Assembly: GCF_004010195.1 (NCBI RefSeq)
Contig: NC_057755.1
Coordinates: 8,399,286 to 8,463,285, forward strand
Reading direction: 5' to 3'
Length of the DNA: 64,000 nt
DNA from: Chiloscyllium plagiosum
Lineage: Eukaryota
The notes under the pieces: generated by a model
What the model was told of the DNA's origin: nothing
The model's input: only the letters and a program-made list of their open reading frames with translations
The model's database searches: none
Program-made: the position numbers and the translations under genes
Shown here: piece after piece, positions 1-12,835 of the stretch
Position numbering within the stretch: position 1 is the stretch's first letter
Layout: the number at the start of each line of letters is the position of its first letter

Positions 1-305
1 AGGTTGGTGGGGTGGAAGGTGATGACCAGTGGGGTTCTGTCCTGGTGGAGATTGGAGGGGCGGGGTTCAAGGGCGGAGGTGCGGGAAGTGTAGCAGATGT
101 GGTGGAGAGCATCGTCGACCACGTTGGAGGAGAAATTGTGGTCTTTGAAGAAGGAGGCCATTTGGGCTGTCCGGTAGTGGAATTGGTCCTCCTGGAAGCA
201 GATGCGGTGGAGCCGAAGGAATTAGGAGTACAGGATGGCGTTTTTACAGGGGGCAGATTGGGAGGAGGTGTAATCTCGGTAGCTGTGGGAGTCGGTCGGT
301 TTGGG
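1..305 (-). mobile_element. Penelope-like retroelement fragment (RT thumb region)
   Basis: The minus strand translates KPTDSHSYRDYTSS...YS*FLRLHRIC...PLVITFHPTN, typical of the PLE thumb. Its distal part aligns to the Penelope copy at 34845-34990. Confidence 0.85.
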
Positions 306-309
306 ATAC

Positions 310-1191
310 GAGAAAGTCCAGTAGATATAAACACTTGCAGGTTCGTGTCCTGGATATTCAAATAAAACATAGTTGAAACAAGTTGTTTAATTTTCGGTAA
401 CTTGTAGTTGGTTAATTTAAAAGTGAGAGAAACGGTTCTTCAAATTCCTAAAAAGGATCTGGGTTTAAAAGATGATTGTCGAATTTGCCAAGAAAGTTTA
501 GAAGGAAAGAGAAAGCGATATATTTATGTTTAGCAAAGAAGTTAGATTTCGGTTGAAACAAGGACAACATTCAATTGTAATTGTAAGAGAATTACTCAAG
601 CACGAAGGGGTGTCAGAGAAACAGAGAAGTGCAGTAGAGGTAGAAAAACTTAAATTAGGATTGAAGAAAATGGTGTTAGAACATCAACATAGAGAGGGAA
701 AAGAATGAGAGAGGGAGAGAAAAGTCAGAGAGGAAAAGAGAGAGGGAAGGTTCTTAGCTGGTAAATAGAGAGAGAAGAAAGGGAGAGACAATTAGAGAGA
801 GAATTTGAACTTGAGTAGTCGCGACTGAGTCAGCAAAGTCAAGTTAACAGGACAGAATAAACAAAAGGTAGTGATTGTAGAAGTATGTCAGAACACTGCC
901 ATATTTTGATCAGGAAAATGTCAAAGCCTTCTTTCTTGTACTTGAAAAATTGGCTAGGCAGATGGAGTGGTCCGAGGATTTGTGAGAAATGCTAGTTCAG
1001 ACAAAACTGGTCGGCAGAACTGATGAGGTATTTGAGGCGCTGTCATAAGAGGGCTCAAAAGCTCATAAAGAGATGAAACAGGCTATTTTACTTGCTTATG
1101 ATTTTGTAGCAGAAGCATATAAACAGCGGTTCAAAAACATAAAGAAGGAACCAGGTCAGTCTTCTGTTGAGCTCGAAAAAAAAAACATAGT
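310..1191 (+). mobile_element. Decayed Gmr1-like Gypsy leader and gag, 5' part (interrupted at 1191)
   Basis: Colinear with 27790-28780; MKQAILLAYDFVAEAYKQRFKNIKKEPG matches VEQAILSAYDFVSEACRQWFRNAQKEP. Confidence 0.85.
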
Positions 1192-1834
1192 TTCGCCAAG
1201 CTCGTCCTTTTTTGCGAAAAACTGTTCTGTAGCTCAAGGATACTGTCATAGTTTTCTTTTTCAGTAGGGTAATAAACCAGCTTAGGCTTCAATCAGTCTA
1301 GTTTGGTACAGAGATGAAAAAGCCTTTGATAGGTCTTTTGTTCATATATGAACAGATGAGACCTCAGGCCAAATTGGGCATGTTTTAGAAGTGACATGTA
1401 TAATGAAAGGAGAGTGGTCAGCTCTCTAGCTGAGCAGTTTAGTTCCGTCTTGATCTGGTGAGGGGATCAACAGTGAGCTGTATGGAAATTCTCTCTCTCT
1501 CTTTCTGCCCTTCAACTTTGATCTGAAAGCATGTGTTCCATTTATACTGTTTTTTTTAAAGGGAGTTTGCTTACTGGGATTGATGTGTGCATTCGGAAAA
1601 GGATAATTAAGTCTAGTTTGAATAAATTACGTTCTGCAGCGGTTCTTTATTCCGTTCTTTGTGTTTCGCTGTGTAATTTTGTGAATAAAGTTTTGACTGT
1701 TTTAAAACTTAGTCGTCCTCTTATCTAACGTATTCCAAATAATTTTCACTGTACACTTACCAAAACAAATTACAAAGTATGGTCTGGGCTGCCTGATTAA
1801 GACTGTTTTGAGTGGTCTGGCCTAGTCCATAACA
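1192..1834 (+). repeat. 5' LTR of the nested element
   Basis: Aligns along its length with 3325-3981. Followed by a degenerate PBS-like TGGGCGCTC. Confidence 0.8.
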
Positions 1835-3324
1835 AATTGGGCGCTCTTTGCGGGGTTAAAATGTTAAGTCCTCGTGTCTTTGTTTCGGGTGTTGGCTTGG
1901 TTGGATGGTTAAAGTTTGGGATAGGATTGGCTCTTTCTATCGCCAAAAGTTTTCTCGCTGTGGATGCAGTGAATTTGGAAGTTTTGCAAAAAGTGAATAA
2001 GACCATGTGACAGAAATTAGCAGGGAAGCTGGAATTGGACTGCCTGCTTCTGTAACGAAAGGAGACATAATTACAGCAGTAGCTCAGCATTTAAACTTGC
2101 TGCAGAAAATATTAGAATCTGTAGCAATTGCAAGATTCCAATTGCAAATGAAGCAGATTAAGTTAGAGGCGAGAGAGAAGGAAACAGCAATAGAAATGAA
2201 ACAGGAGATAGACCGCAAGCTCCAAGATGGCATAGGCGAAGTGGGTTAAAGTGACTGGAGCTCATTCATAGTCATGGTACGAAAGCTGGATGGTACCCAA
2301 CGGTTATCTGTGAACTATCGCAAAGTCAACGCTGTTACAAAGTCTAACGCATATCCAATTCCACGGTTGGAGGACTGTTTCGAAAAAGTGGGACAAGCAA
2401 GTTATATTTCTAAAGTGGATTTGCTCAGAGGCTACTGGCATGTCTTTCTGTCCGAGTCAGCAAAGGCAATTTCGTAACACCAAATGGTCTATATCAGTTC
2501 AAAGTCAAGCCATCTGGTATGAAAAACGCTCCATACACATGTCAGGAACTTACTAATAAGGTCATTGCCGGATTCCCCAAATGTAAGCAGTATTATGGTT
2601 CCTGGGGTTGAGTGGATTTTACTGAAAGTTTGTGCTCAACTTTAGCAGTGTTGCTGCTCCACTCAGCAAATTGTTAAAAAAAATTAAGACGGTTCAGTGG
2701 ACAGCAGACTTTCACTAGGCATTTGACAGCCTAAAATCTGCGTTTATCACTGCTCCAGTAATAGCTACGCCGGATAACACAAAGCTTATCAAGGTGGCTA
2801 TCGATGCCAGTGATGTAGGTGTTGCTGTGTTGCTCCTGCAGCAGGATGACGAGGGAATAGAAAGACTCAGCGGGTATTTTTTCCAAGAAGTTGAGCGTTC
2901 ATCAACAGAAATAGTCAACGGTGGAGAAAGTGACTCTAAGCTTGGAGTTGGCTTTACAACATTTCAATATTTATATTACCAGCTGAGACAATCGTATACC
3001 CTGATCACAACCGATTGACATTTGTGGAAACATTTAAGGACAAACATGCCAGACTGTTTTTATGGAGCTTGTTGTTGCTGTAATTCAATTTGAGAATGTT
3101 GCATGTGGCAGGTTGTGAAAATATGATTTCCGATGCATTACCAAGACCCGAATAAGATATTGAGGCGTTTAATGGTGGGTGTTCAACGGCCTGAATTTGC
3201 TTGTGGTTGTGCATGTTTACATGTTTATAGCCATTGCAGTGTATATGTGTGGTTTATACTACTAACCGTTTTTTGAAGGGTTAAAAATGAAGCCATCTTT
3301 TGGTTCTGATGGTTCATTTCTATA

Positions 3325-3981
3325 AGGGCGGATGGTTCATCAATCTAGTCCCTTTTTTTTTCTAAAATCTGTTCCTTGGCTAAGGATACCCTGTTCTCGA
3401 TTTTTTTCAGAGGGGTCATCCACCAGTCCGGGCTCTGATCAGTCTGGTTTGGTACAGAGATGAAAAAGATTTTGAGAGGCCTTTTGCGAATATGTAAAAT
3501 TGATGAGACATCATGCCAAAGTGGTTGTGTTTTAGAAGTGACCGGTTTCATGAAAGGTGAGTGGTCAGCTCTCTGGATGAGCAGTTTAGTTCAGTCTTGA
3601 ACTGGTGAGGGGTTCAACAGTGAGCTGTGTGGTAACTCTCGCTCTGTCTCTCATTCTGCCATTCAACTTCAACCTGGAAGCATGTGCTCCATTTATTCTG
3701 GTTTTTAAAAGGAGTTTGCTTATTGGGATTGTTGTGTATATTCAGTACAGCATAATTAAGTGTAGTTTGGATAGACTGGGCTCTGTAAGAGTTATTTATA
3801 CTGTTCTTTGTATTTCACAGTGTATTTTTGTGAATAAACTTTGTCTTTTAAAGTCTAGTAGTCAACGTAGCTAACTTAATCCGGGTAATTTTCACTATGC
3901 ACTTACCGAAACAAATTGCAAAGTTATAGTCTGGGCTGCCTGCTTAAGAATATTGCGATTGGTCTGCCCTAGTCCATAACA
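3325..3981 (+). repeat. 3' LTR of the nested element
   Basis: Preceded by the purine tract AAGGGCGGA; ends ...CCATAACA. Confidence 0.8.
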
Positions 3982-4145
3982 GTAGTCCTTTAAATAGATG
4001 GGTGCATGTTTTAAAGATAGATAAGACTTTCAGGCTCAAAGAAAGAGATTATTCTGCTCGAGAGTTGAATACTTATACCCAAGAGTTGGTCGAAACAGCT
4101 AAGAGCTGTGTTTCCAGGAGATGAGTTCCTGGTTCAAAAAAAGGA
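3982..4145 (+). mobile_element. Continuation of the interrupted Gmr1-like gag
   Basis: GGTGCATGTTTTAAAGATAGATAAG...GATTATTCTGCT aligns to 28795-28852. Confidence 0.75.
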
Positions 4146-4279
4146 CATCATACCAGCAACATGCAGAAAATTATGTTGACCACCTGTTACGCTGCTGAGC
4201 GTGATTAATTCTATATCAAACAACGCAAACAGTAGACAGTAGGCAAGGTTGGCAAACAGAAATGTGACTGTGGCTTTTA

Positions 4280-4480
4280 GGGTTTAGTCACGCCAGCTTC
4301 AGGACGTCTCTGCAGGAGTTCCTCAGGGTTAAGTCATAAGATCAACCGTCTTCACCTGCTTCATCAACAACCTTCGCTCCTTCATAATTTCCGAGATGGG
4401 GATGGATGTGCAAAATCCATCACCAATGTGCCACTCCTCAGATACTGGCACAGTCCATATTCAAATGCAACAAAACTCCC
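4280..4480 (+). mobile_element. LINE RT fragment (L2/CR1 group)
   Basis: GGAGTTCCTCAGGG...TTCACCTGCTTCATCAACAACCTT encodes a GVPQG...FINxL motif. Confidence 0.65.
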
Positions 4481-4804
4481 TAAACATTATTCAGTGCCGC
4501 ACACCGACAGTACTGACGTTCTCGCAGTTCATCCCGCCCACTGTACTGATCATTTGAAAGTGCAGCACTCCCTTGATAATGACCTTCTGACAGTGCAATC
4601 CCTGCCAGAAACGAGCCTCTGTCAGTGCAACATTCCCTCATCACTGACCTTCAAATAATGCAGCACTCCCTCAGAGGGACGGGCTGTATTCCTAAAATTC
4701 CTACTGTGTGGAAAAAGCCACTCATCCCAACAAGTCCACAACGACCCTCTGAAGAGCATCCAAAGACTAACACATCGAACTTACTTTTCCCGAGACAATG
4801 CGGG

Positions 4805-4990
4805 ATAATTTGGCACGGCCAATTTACCTAATCTGCAAAGCTTTTGACAGTGTAGGAAACCAGAGCACCTGACGAAAACACACACTGCCATGTGGAGAAC
4901 GTGCAAACGCTGCACAGAACTTGGATGAAATCAAACCCAGGTCACTGAAGCTGTGAGGTATAAATCTAACCACTGATACACCGTACTGCT
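4805..4990 (-). mobile_element. HE1-like tRNA-derived SINE, diverged
   Basis: GGAAACCAGAGCACCTGACGAAAACACAC...GAGAACGTGCAAAC resembles the younger copy at 38925-38985. Confidence 0.7.
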
Positions 4991-7037
4991 CCCAACTGAG
5001 AGATAGGTAGAGGAGGGTAAGGGGGAGAGGCAGAGTGTGAGACAGAGTGGAGGAGCTGTCTCCACAAGAAGAGGATTCAATGAGGCCATTTGCTTGCTGC
5101 GCACTGACCAGGTCAGTCACAGGCCATTCAATCCACACAGATTTAAATACCTTAGCCCCAGGGAGTGTAGCGCAGCAGTACAACGATAGCAGTAGAGTTT
5201 GTGTATGTGGGGGTGGGGGTGGGGTGTCGTGTGAAGCACATTTCGTGAGATAATGTTTGGGGTAACGAAAATAATTAGGGTAGGGCATAACTTTGGAAGG
5301 GGAGACAGAATGGGGTGAAGTGTTTTTTGTGGAGTGTACAAAATGAAATGGGCACTGTCTCGAAGGTTGACATGCTCTTACTTCTCCCATAATTAACTGA
5401 TAAACAAACCTCAAACGGTTATGATGACAGTCGAACTTCCCTTCGAATACTAAAATCCAAAACATCCAGAGAAATTAGACTCACCCCTCGCATTCTCTAA
5501 AGGTTAAAAGGAAAAGAAACTCCACTTAGTATTAACAAATACCAATGTATTTATTCAATATTTAACAGTAAACAATTTACCAGAATTACCATCAAACTAC
5601 TCAATTCCCCCGTAAGTACTAATTATTCCCTAACTGAAATAAATTATACTGCAATGAATGCTGTACAAATAAACACAATTTCCGTTTGTAAAATGCTGCT
5701 TAATAAGAAAGGAATAAAGTAAAATTCAGCCTCTCCAAGTTTGCATGGTCTATGTCTTCTATGCTTTATCTCCAAAGTTCTTTCTGCTTATCTCGCATGA
5801 TAAATGCCCTTCTGATGATTGCTCTGTGAGAAGTTTTGAGCTGGAGATACTCTCTGTACCTTTGATGGGTCTTTTTGGAGAGCTTAACAATTCTGTGTGA
5901 AAGCCAAGTTTGTCTCTCAGGTTGCATAATTGTTTTTGCTGCAATTTAACATTTGCTCTCCCTTCATATGACAGGTGGCCCGTCCCCTCCACCTTTGTAT
6001 CTTTTATCCCAGAATATGTGAGACCTCATCAGAAATCATTACAAGCTGCAGAAAGTATTATAAAATTAATCCTTTTTTCGCACTTTTTTCACTCAGAGAT
6101 ATCTGGATACAATTGCAGTGGAAATGCTCTACTGGATGTGTATAATGTCAGGAATACCACTCAAAGACAAATAATTTCTACATTGCAGAGGAACAGCAAT
6201 AATTTTCCACTGAGTGTGTTGCGTACTGAAGGACCTCAGTACAGTTTCAAAACTGTGCACACTGTGTGTGTGTGTGTGTGTGGTGTTCAACATGAACACC
6301 ACACACACACAGTTTGTTTCGGTTCTGAGTTTCTGTCGTCCCTCCCTCCCTCACTGACTAAATCCTTTATGATTTTCATTCTCCACCACCTCATGTTCAG
6401 TGGTGAGGGGTGGCCAGCAAAGTGTGGCATTTTAACACTTTCAACAGAAGGAAGGGCCATTGTGCTATTTTGACTCGGCAGCCCTGGACAGTACATTTCT
6501 GTTTGGACTGCATTGGAACAGCATCCCATTATAATTAGAAAGTCCAATGCTGTAATATTGGGAGCCCAGCCACTAGTTATCATACACAAGTTTAATTTAT
6601 TAATAACGCAAAACTAAATGTAATTAAATATTTTCCTGTGCAACTGAACTCCTCTCTGAACTGAAACGATGATGCTGCATGAATACACGTTTGTTTGGTG
6701 GGTTCTAATAATGTCATGTAATCACCTGCCGCAATGTCTCACATCAAAACAGTTCATAGCTGGTTGTTTATGACATTAATATGGTATCTGGTGCCTTTTT
6801 ACTGAGCAATGAGACTATGTATTTAATAGGCCATCAATTTTGGGTTAACTATTCTATTTAATTTCATCAGAACCCTCCAAAGGAATTGATCTTTGTGGAG
6901 ATGTACTGAGAACTCAAATCTGATAGAAAACTGAGTAGGAAATTCCACTCCACCACAAAATTTCTTTGGATTGTGCACTGATGAGGAATACGAAGGTTCC
7001 CGGCTCAACTCTCTTCCTGCATTGGGATAAGGACTCT

Positions 7038-7495
7038 CTGTCAGGATGTGATGGAATACTCCCGGTTTGCATGAATGGGTGCAGCTCCAACAAACAGTCA
7101 ACTGACTTGATACAATCCAAGAAGAAGCAGCCCACTTGATTGGCACCACATCCACATACATCCACTCCCTCCACCACTGAGGATCAGTAGCAGCAGTGTG
7201 TACCATCTCCAAGATGCACTACAGGAATTCACCAAACTTCGTCAGACAGCACCTTCCAAACCCATGACCACTTCCATCTAGAAAGGCCAGGGCAGCAGAT
7301 ATTTGGGAACAGTATGTAAGTATGTCGTTATTCCTTCACTGAGGCCGGTCAAAATCCTGGAAGTCCTTCCCTAACGACACCAGCCACAGCACATGGAATA
7401 TATTGCTTCAAAAAGACAGCTCACCAGCACCTTCTCATGGATGGATAATAAATGCTGACCAGCCAGTGACACCCAAGTTCCATGAGTAAATAAAA
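7038..7495 (+). mobile_element. LINE 3' end (L2/Crack-like)
   Basis: Same family as 21050-21555 (-), 22615-23105 (-) and the short copies inside the inverted-repeat arms. AATAAATGCTG lies near the end. Confidence 0.7.
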
Positions 7496-7549
7496 AGAAT
7501 TCATCACTTGCAAACAATGGAATTCTCCTGTGGGCTTCTCAGTGGAGTT

Positions 7550-8662
7550 TTATTTATTCATAATGCAAGGAATCCATGTAACTAGATGTTTCGCTGTGTT
7601 ACTGATCTTCGCTCTGAATCTCGACAGTGTTACTGCTTAAGTAAATAGAGTCATAGAGCCATAGAGTCACAGAGATGTACAGCATGGAAACAGACCCTTC
7701 GGTCCAACCTGTCCATGCCGACCAGATATCCCAACTCAATCTAGTCCCACCTGCCAGCACCCGGCCCATATCCCTCCAAACCCTCCCTATTCATATACCT
7801 ATCCAAATGCCTCTTAACTGTTGCAATTGTGCCAGCTTCCACCATATACTCTGGCAGCTCATTTGTGTTTGTACAACCTCTTATGATCTGCAGTATGTAA
7901 CCAACTATACGAAAGTTATATAGAAAAGGTGAATAATTATCAGCATGGCTTCCTTGAATAACATAATATTTGAAATGCCCAACAAAGATTGACCAGGAAG
8001 GATGAAGCTCCTAGAGATGGTGAAGTGCCAAAGCACAGACTTCCTTCTGCTCTCTTTCTCTGGATCTCCGCGATTCTCTCCTTTGCTCTGACCATTCAGC
8101 CTCTTCCGGACTCGACTGATCACTAAAATATGTCTGACTGTCAAAACGTTATGCAACCGAATTAGAGCGAATGGCAGGGGTCAAAACCGTGTCATGCCAA
8201 TCTAATAGCTCACACCAAGTCTCAGTAAAGAGGATCGGCTTTTCTTTACAAATTGAATGGAACATTGTTGGTTTTTCACAGAGGTTCACGTAAAAAATAG
8301 GAGGAATGTTTTTCAACCAGAATAGAATGCAGGCTATTGCTAGAACAACAGTCACAGTTTTCTTTTTGCAGCATTTCTTTTTCACCTTCTGGAAATAAAT
8401 GGTCACAAATCAGTCAAAGGAAGAAGCGATGTTGCAACAGGCACAGCAACCAGTGGTTGCGCAATACAGGATTTCCGTAATACTACATACAGGAGTGATG
8501 TCCAGGAAACACAGTGGGAGATAATAATAGGGAAGTTCCTCAGTATTACATCAGTGATAATGACCATCAGATCAGGAGCTGCCATAAACATCAGGTAGTG
8601 AGTAGCCCAAGGAGAATCAGCGCACTTTCCTTGGGAAAGTATAACAATCGGCAGCAAATTAA
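7550..8662 (-). pseudogene. GPR139/GPR142-like GPCR pseudogene, exon 2 only (copy A)
   Basis: Acceptor TTGCACAG|TTAATTTG at 8663/8662. Pieces VNLLPIVILSQGKC, KNIPPIFY and ESRRKSVL lie in different frames. The DRF Arg codon is TGA, and a CR1 tail is inserted in the TM7 motif. Confidence 0.92.
7646..7870 (-). mobile_element. CR1/HER1-like LINE 3' tail inserted in GPCR copy A
   Basis: (CATAGAGT)-type tail at 7646-7675; similar to 37600-37800. Confidence 0.8.
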
Positions 8663-8764
8663 CTGTGCAAGTCAAACAGAAAAATATGGATTGAATTTTT
8701 CTGTCCCTACCTATTCCAGATGACAGAAATATGATCTCATCAACAAAAATCAGAGCACGGTGTG

Positions 8765-8975
8765 AGTAATCGAAAATGTGATGCTGGAAAAGCACAGCAT
8801 CTGAGGAGCAGGACATTTCGGGCATAAACCCTTCACCAGCAGCCATTCTTAATGAATGGCTTTTGCCTGAAACATCGATTGTCCTGCTCCTCCGATGTTT
8901 CTGACCTACTGTGCTTTTCCAAAACCACACTCACGACTATGATCTCTAGCATTTGCGGTTCTGACTTTCGCCTGG
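8765..8975. mobile_element. Penelope-type terminal fragment with inverted copy
   Basis: GCTGGAAAAGCACAG ... CTGTGCTTTTCCA inverted pair; matches the end of the Penelope copy at 35770-35895. Confidence 0.7.
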
Positions 8976-9493
8976 CTGATTTCAGCACTCTGTGGTTAGA
9001 TGTGATTGGTGTCCAGTGACATTAAACTGCAAGATTTCCATACCTATCTAGATTGAACTCCAGTCTAATCACTCCAGAGATGATGGAGTTTGGAAAGAGA
9101 CTGAGCTGATGGTCCAGCCTAGGAGAGCAGAAGGAAGTTTGTGATTCTGTTTGGCTGCACGGTAACCATCTGAAAGAGTGCAATAGATTCTTACAGTTCT
9201 CAGCTCCAACTATGGCATGCACAGAAGCCCATTAGAAACCTCAGTACCATCCAGTCACAGATTGGTGATTGGACTGCCGAAAAACCAAATTCTTCCCTTC
9301 TCCATTGATCGGTTCATCTCCTGCTCTTGACGTTGGAACAAATCCTGTTTGGAGGAGCAACAGAACCGGGAAACAGATCACCAGAACCTGTGTAAGATTT
9401 GAAACAAAACTACTCCATTGCTTTACACAAATGCAGTATAACAGCATACTGTGCTCCCGTCGTGATAACACCTATGTGTTCGGACTGCTGTGA

Positions 9494-9701
9494 TGTTCTC
9501 CCCGTGTCTGCGTGGGTTTCCTCCGGATGCTCCGGTTTCCTCCCACAGTCCAAAGATGTGCAGGTCAGGTGAATTGGCCATGCTAAATTGCCCGTAGTGT
9601 TAGGTAAGGGGTAAATGTAAGGGTATGGGTGGGTTACGCTTCGGCGGGTCGGTGTGGACTTGTTGGGCCGAAGGGCCTGTTTACACACTGTAATGTAATG
9701 T
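9494..9701 (+). mobile_element. HE1-like SINE, 5'-truncated, young
   Basis: Near-identical (reverse complement) to 38770-38970; TGTAATGTAATGT tail. Confidence 0.85.
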
Positions 9702-9889
9702 CACTGTTCATTCGAATACATCACTGACCGCACTGTTACTGTCACTGTCAATCTCGATACATCATGAACCGCACTCTTATTCTCGCTGCCCATACAGTAA
9801 AATCACGACACTTGGCATAACTCCTTCAGGAAATGTTGATCAATGAGCATTAAGCTGTAATAATATATTAACATATTAATCATAAAAGA

Positions 9890-10860
9890 TCTGTGAAGAA
9901 TAGAGTGGGGCCCAAAACGAGGATAAATAGAGTAAGCTGCTCACTGAATCTGAGGATGCAGCAGAGGTACTAAATGATTATTTTACTTCTGTCTTTCCTG
10001 AGTTCGTATTCAGAAAGTGAGCAGTACAGTGTGTGATAAAGAAGAGATGCTAATAAGGTAAGCAGTACTCCTGGTGGAGAAGTCGTCAAGCCTTGATGGG
10101 ATGTTGCCGAGAATGTTAAGGGAGAAAATTGCGAAGTTGTTGACAACAATCTCCCAAGTTTCCCTGAACACTGGTTTAATTCTGAGGGCTAGAAGATTCC
10201 AAATGTGAACCTGTTGTTCAAGAGAGGGGAAATAAATACCCAATGAACTACAGACCTTTTGGTTTGACATCAACAGTTAGAAACCTGATGGAGTCCACAA
10301 TACCAAGATAAGTTAATCACACACTTTGAGAAAAGTAATTTACTTTTAAGCAGTCAACATTTCTTTGGCAAGGCCAGGTTATGTCTGACAATTTTATTTG
10401 GGACAGGGTGGTGGCTATTGGGTAGAGCTGTGGATTTTTTATTTTCTTCAATAAAGGCTAACGTAAAATAACTGTTCAACTACCTTTTCTCATCATTGTT
10501 TCCACAAATGGCGAGAGAATTATGATGTGGCAGAGCGGACATTTTAATTCGTGGGGCAAACTGGAACGAGAGGATATAGTTTTAGAATAGCAAGGGTGGC
10601 AGACTTAAAACAGAGATAAGAAGGAATTGATTCCCAATGAATCATGAATCTGTGGAATTCACGGCATCAGCGTGCAATGGATGTCAGGACACTGAATACA
10701 TTTAAGGAGGAGATGGACAGATTTTAATGAGTAATGGGTTAGATGGTAACTGACAATGGGCAGGAAAGTGGAGTTGAGGCTGAAATGATCGTGTTGAATA
10801 TTAGAGCAGATTCGAGAGGCTTAATGGCCTCCTCCTGCTAATAATGCTTATGCTCTCATG
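9890..10860 (+). mobile_element. Degraded CR1-like LINE ORF2 and 3' end
   Basis: GATGCAGCAGAGGTACTAAATGATTATTTTACTTCTGTCTTT (AEVLNxYFxSVF); CR1-type 3' tail near 10780-10850. Confidence 0.7.
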
Positions 10861-11074
10861 GTGACTTCACACAAACGTCAGATAACTCTGCTTTCTGTCG
10901 CCATAGATACTGTCAGACTTGCTGAGTTTCTTCTGCAATATCTGCTTTCATTTGAATACTAATTTAAGGTGTTACATTTGATAGTGACATGGAAACAATT
11001 TATGAATTGAGATACTTCCATATACTCTCTGGAGATCATCGATTTTCCCATGTCCATCTTACAAAAACGTTTTG

Positions 11075-11560
11075 TACAAAAACGCCCTATCCATATTCCT
11101 CAAGACTTTATATTTTTTTATGAATCATTTGTGAACTCCATCAACTCTCACAACATTTTTCTTGTGGCAGAGAAGCCAAAACTGCACGCATTAACCCAAA
11201 AGTGGCCTAACCAATGTCCTGTACAGTTGCAACATGACCTCGAATCTCCTGCACTAATGGACTGAACAACAAATGCAAGCATACCGAATGTCTTCTTCAC
11301 AGTCCTATCTACCTGCGACTCCACTTTCAAGGAATTATGAATTTGCACTCCAATGTCTCTTTGTTCAAAAACATTCCCCAGGAACTTGCCATCAATTGGA
11401 AAAGTCGTTTCCAGATTTACCTCACCAAAATGCTGCATCTCACATTTATCTAAATTAAACCTCATCTGCCATTCCTCAGCCCAATGGTTCATCTGATCAA
11501 GATCTCATTGTACACTGCGGTCACCTTTTCCATTGCACACTACACCTTCACCTGTAAACT
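11075..11560 (-). mobile_element. CR1-like LINE ORF2 fragment
   Basis: ORF 11148..11492: WAEEWQMRFNLDKCEMQHFG...RDIGV. Confidence 0.85.
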
Positions 11561-11974
11561 TACTCATTTACCTTCTTAGCATCCCTCCTTTAATCACATG
11601 AAAGTCAAAAAGGGGTTTACATGAGTAGAAATGCATTGGAGTTAACAGTGTTAGTACACCAGAGAGAACATCTCAAAAAGAAAACTGTCCCTCTCTACTG
11701 TTCATCGTGAAAGAGACTGCGAGAGCAATGAGATGTTCTTTCTGGGATGAGAGGATGGTTTGGTAGAAAACAGCGGGTCAGTGCTTTAGCCTTGGGCTGT
11801 TCCAGTCTGTCCCCACTCTCCCCCTTCCCCATTAGACTCAGACTCGAAATACACACAGATACAAATGCTACAAATGTGGAACAGCACTTATACAACACAA
11901 ATTACCACAAGACTTTTGCACAAATTACTAGATCTTAATAATGCAAATAAACACATGACTCGGAAGAGGCAGCG

Positions 11975-12835
11975 TACTGAAGCAGCCTGTCAGAGAATGC
12001 AGCAGAATAGAGATAGGTTGGAGAGTTGGTCTGGGAAATGGCAGATGGAGTTCAGTCTGGAAAATGCGAGATCCAATTCAAGAGCAAACCATACATTAAA
12101 TAGTAAAGCCCTGGAAAAGTTGATGCACGGAGTGGTCATGGGTGTTCAGGTCCATGGTACCCAGAAGCTGGCAACTCAGATCAATAGAGAGGACAAGAAG
12201 GCATACAGCATGCTTTCTTTCATCGGAGGAGGTATTGAGTACAGGAGTTGGCAAGTCAAGTTACAGTTGTTTGATACTTTGGTTCGGACACATTTGGAAA
12301 ATTGCACACTGTTCTGTTCGCTACATTACCACACCGATGTGGATGCTTTGGAGAGAGTGCAGAGAAGGTTCTCCAGGATATTGCTTTGTATTCAGGGTGC
12401 TATCTATGAAGAGAGGTTTAGTAGTCTAGGATTGTCTTCCTCCTAACAGACGGAGATTGAGGGATACCTGATTGAGGTCGACAAAATTATGAGATAGAGA
12501 CACGATGGATGGCAATAATTTTTTTAACATTGTGGGGGAGTCTATTATTTGCGGTCACGAGTTCAAGGTGAGAAGGGAAAAATTTAAGGGAGATATATGT
12601 GGAAATTTCTTTATGCAGAGGTTGGTGGCTGGCTGGAATGTATTGCCAGTTGAGTTTGTAGAGGCAGGCATGACAGCATCATTTAAGATATATCTAGATA
12701 GATGCATGAATGGACAAGAAGCAGAGGAATACAGATCCTTGGAAAATAGGTGACGAGTTTGGGTAGGGATCTGCATCGGCTCAGGCTTGGAAGGCTGAAC
12801 GGCCTGTTCCTGTGCTGTAATTTGCATTGTTCTTT
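11975..12835 (+). mobile_element. CR1-like LINE 3' portion
   Basis: WSGKWQMEFS...LVRTHLENC...LERVQRRF...FFMQRLVAGWNVLP, followed by a 3' tail. Confidence 0.85.

Larger units (their letters stand above)
1192..3981 (+). mobile_element. Internally deleted Gypsy-type LTR retrotransposon (LTR, gag N-terminus, RT, RNase H, LTR)
   Basis: Direct LTRs at ~1192-1834 and ~3325-3981 both end CTAGTCCATAACA. RT motif VNYRKVNAVTKSNAYPIPRLEDC; RNase H motif IDASDVGVAVLLLQ. Flanked by ATAGT/GTAGT. Confidence 0.85.

Noticed and set aside
12..365. 117-aa Gly/Val-rich ORF on +
   Set aside because: Antisense shadow of a Penelope fragment.
5350..6000. Possible solo LTR
   Set aside because: No second copy, clear termini or TSD identified.
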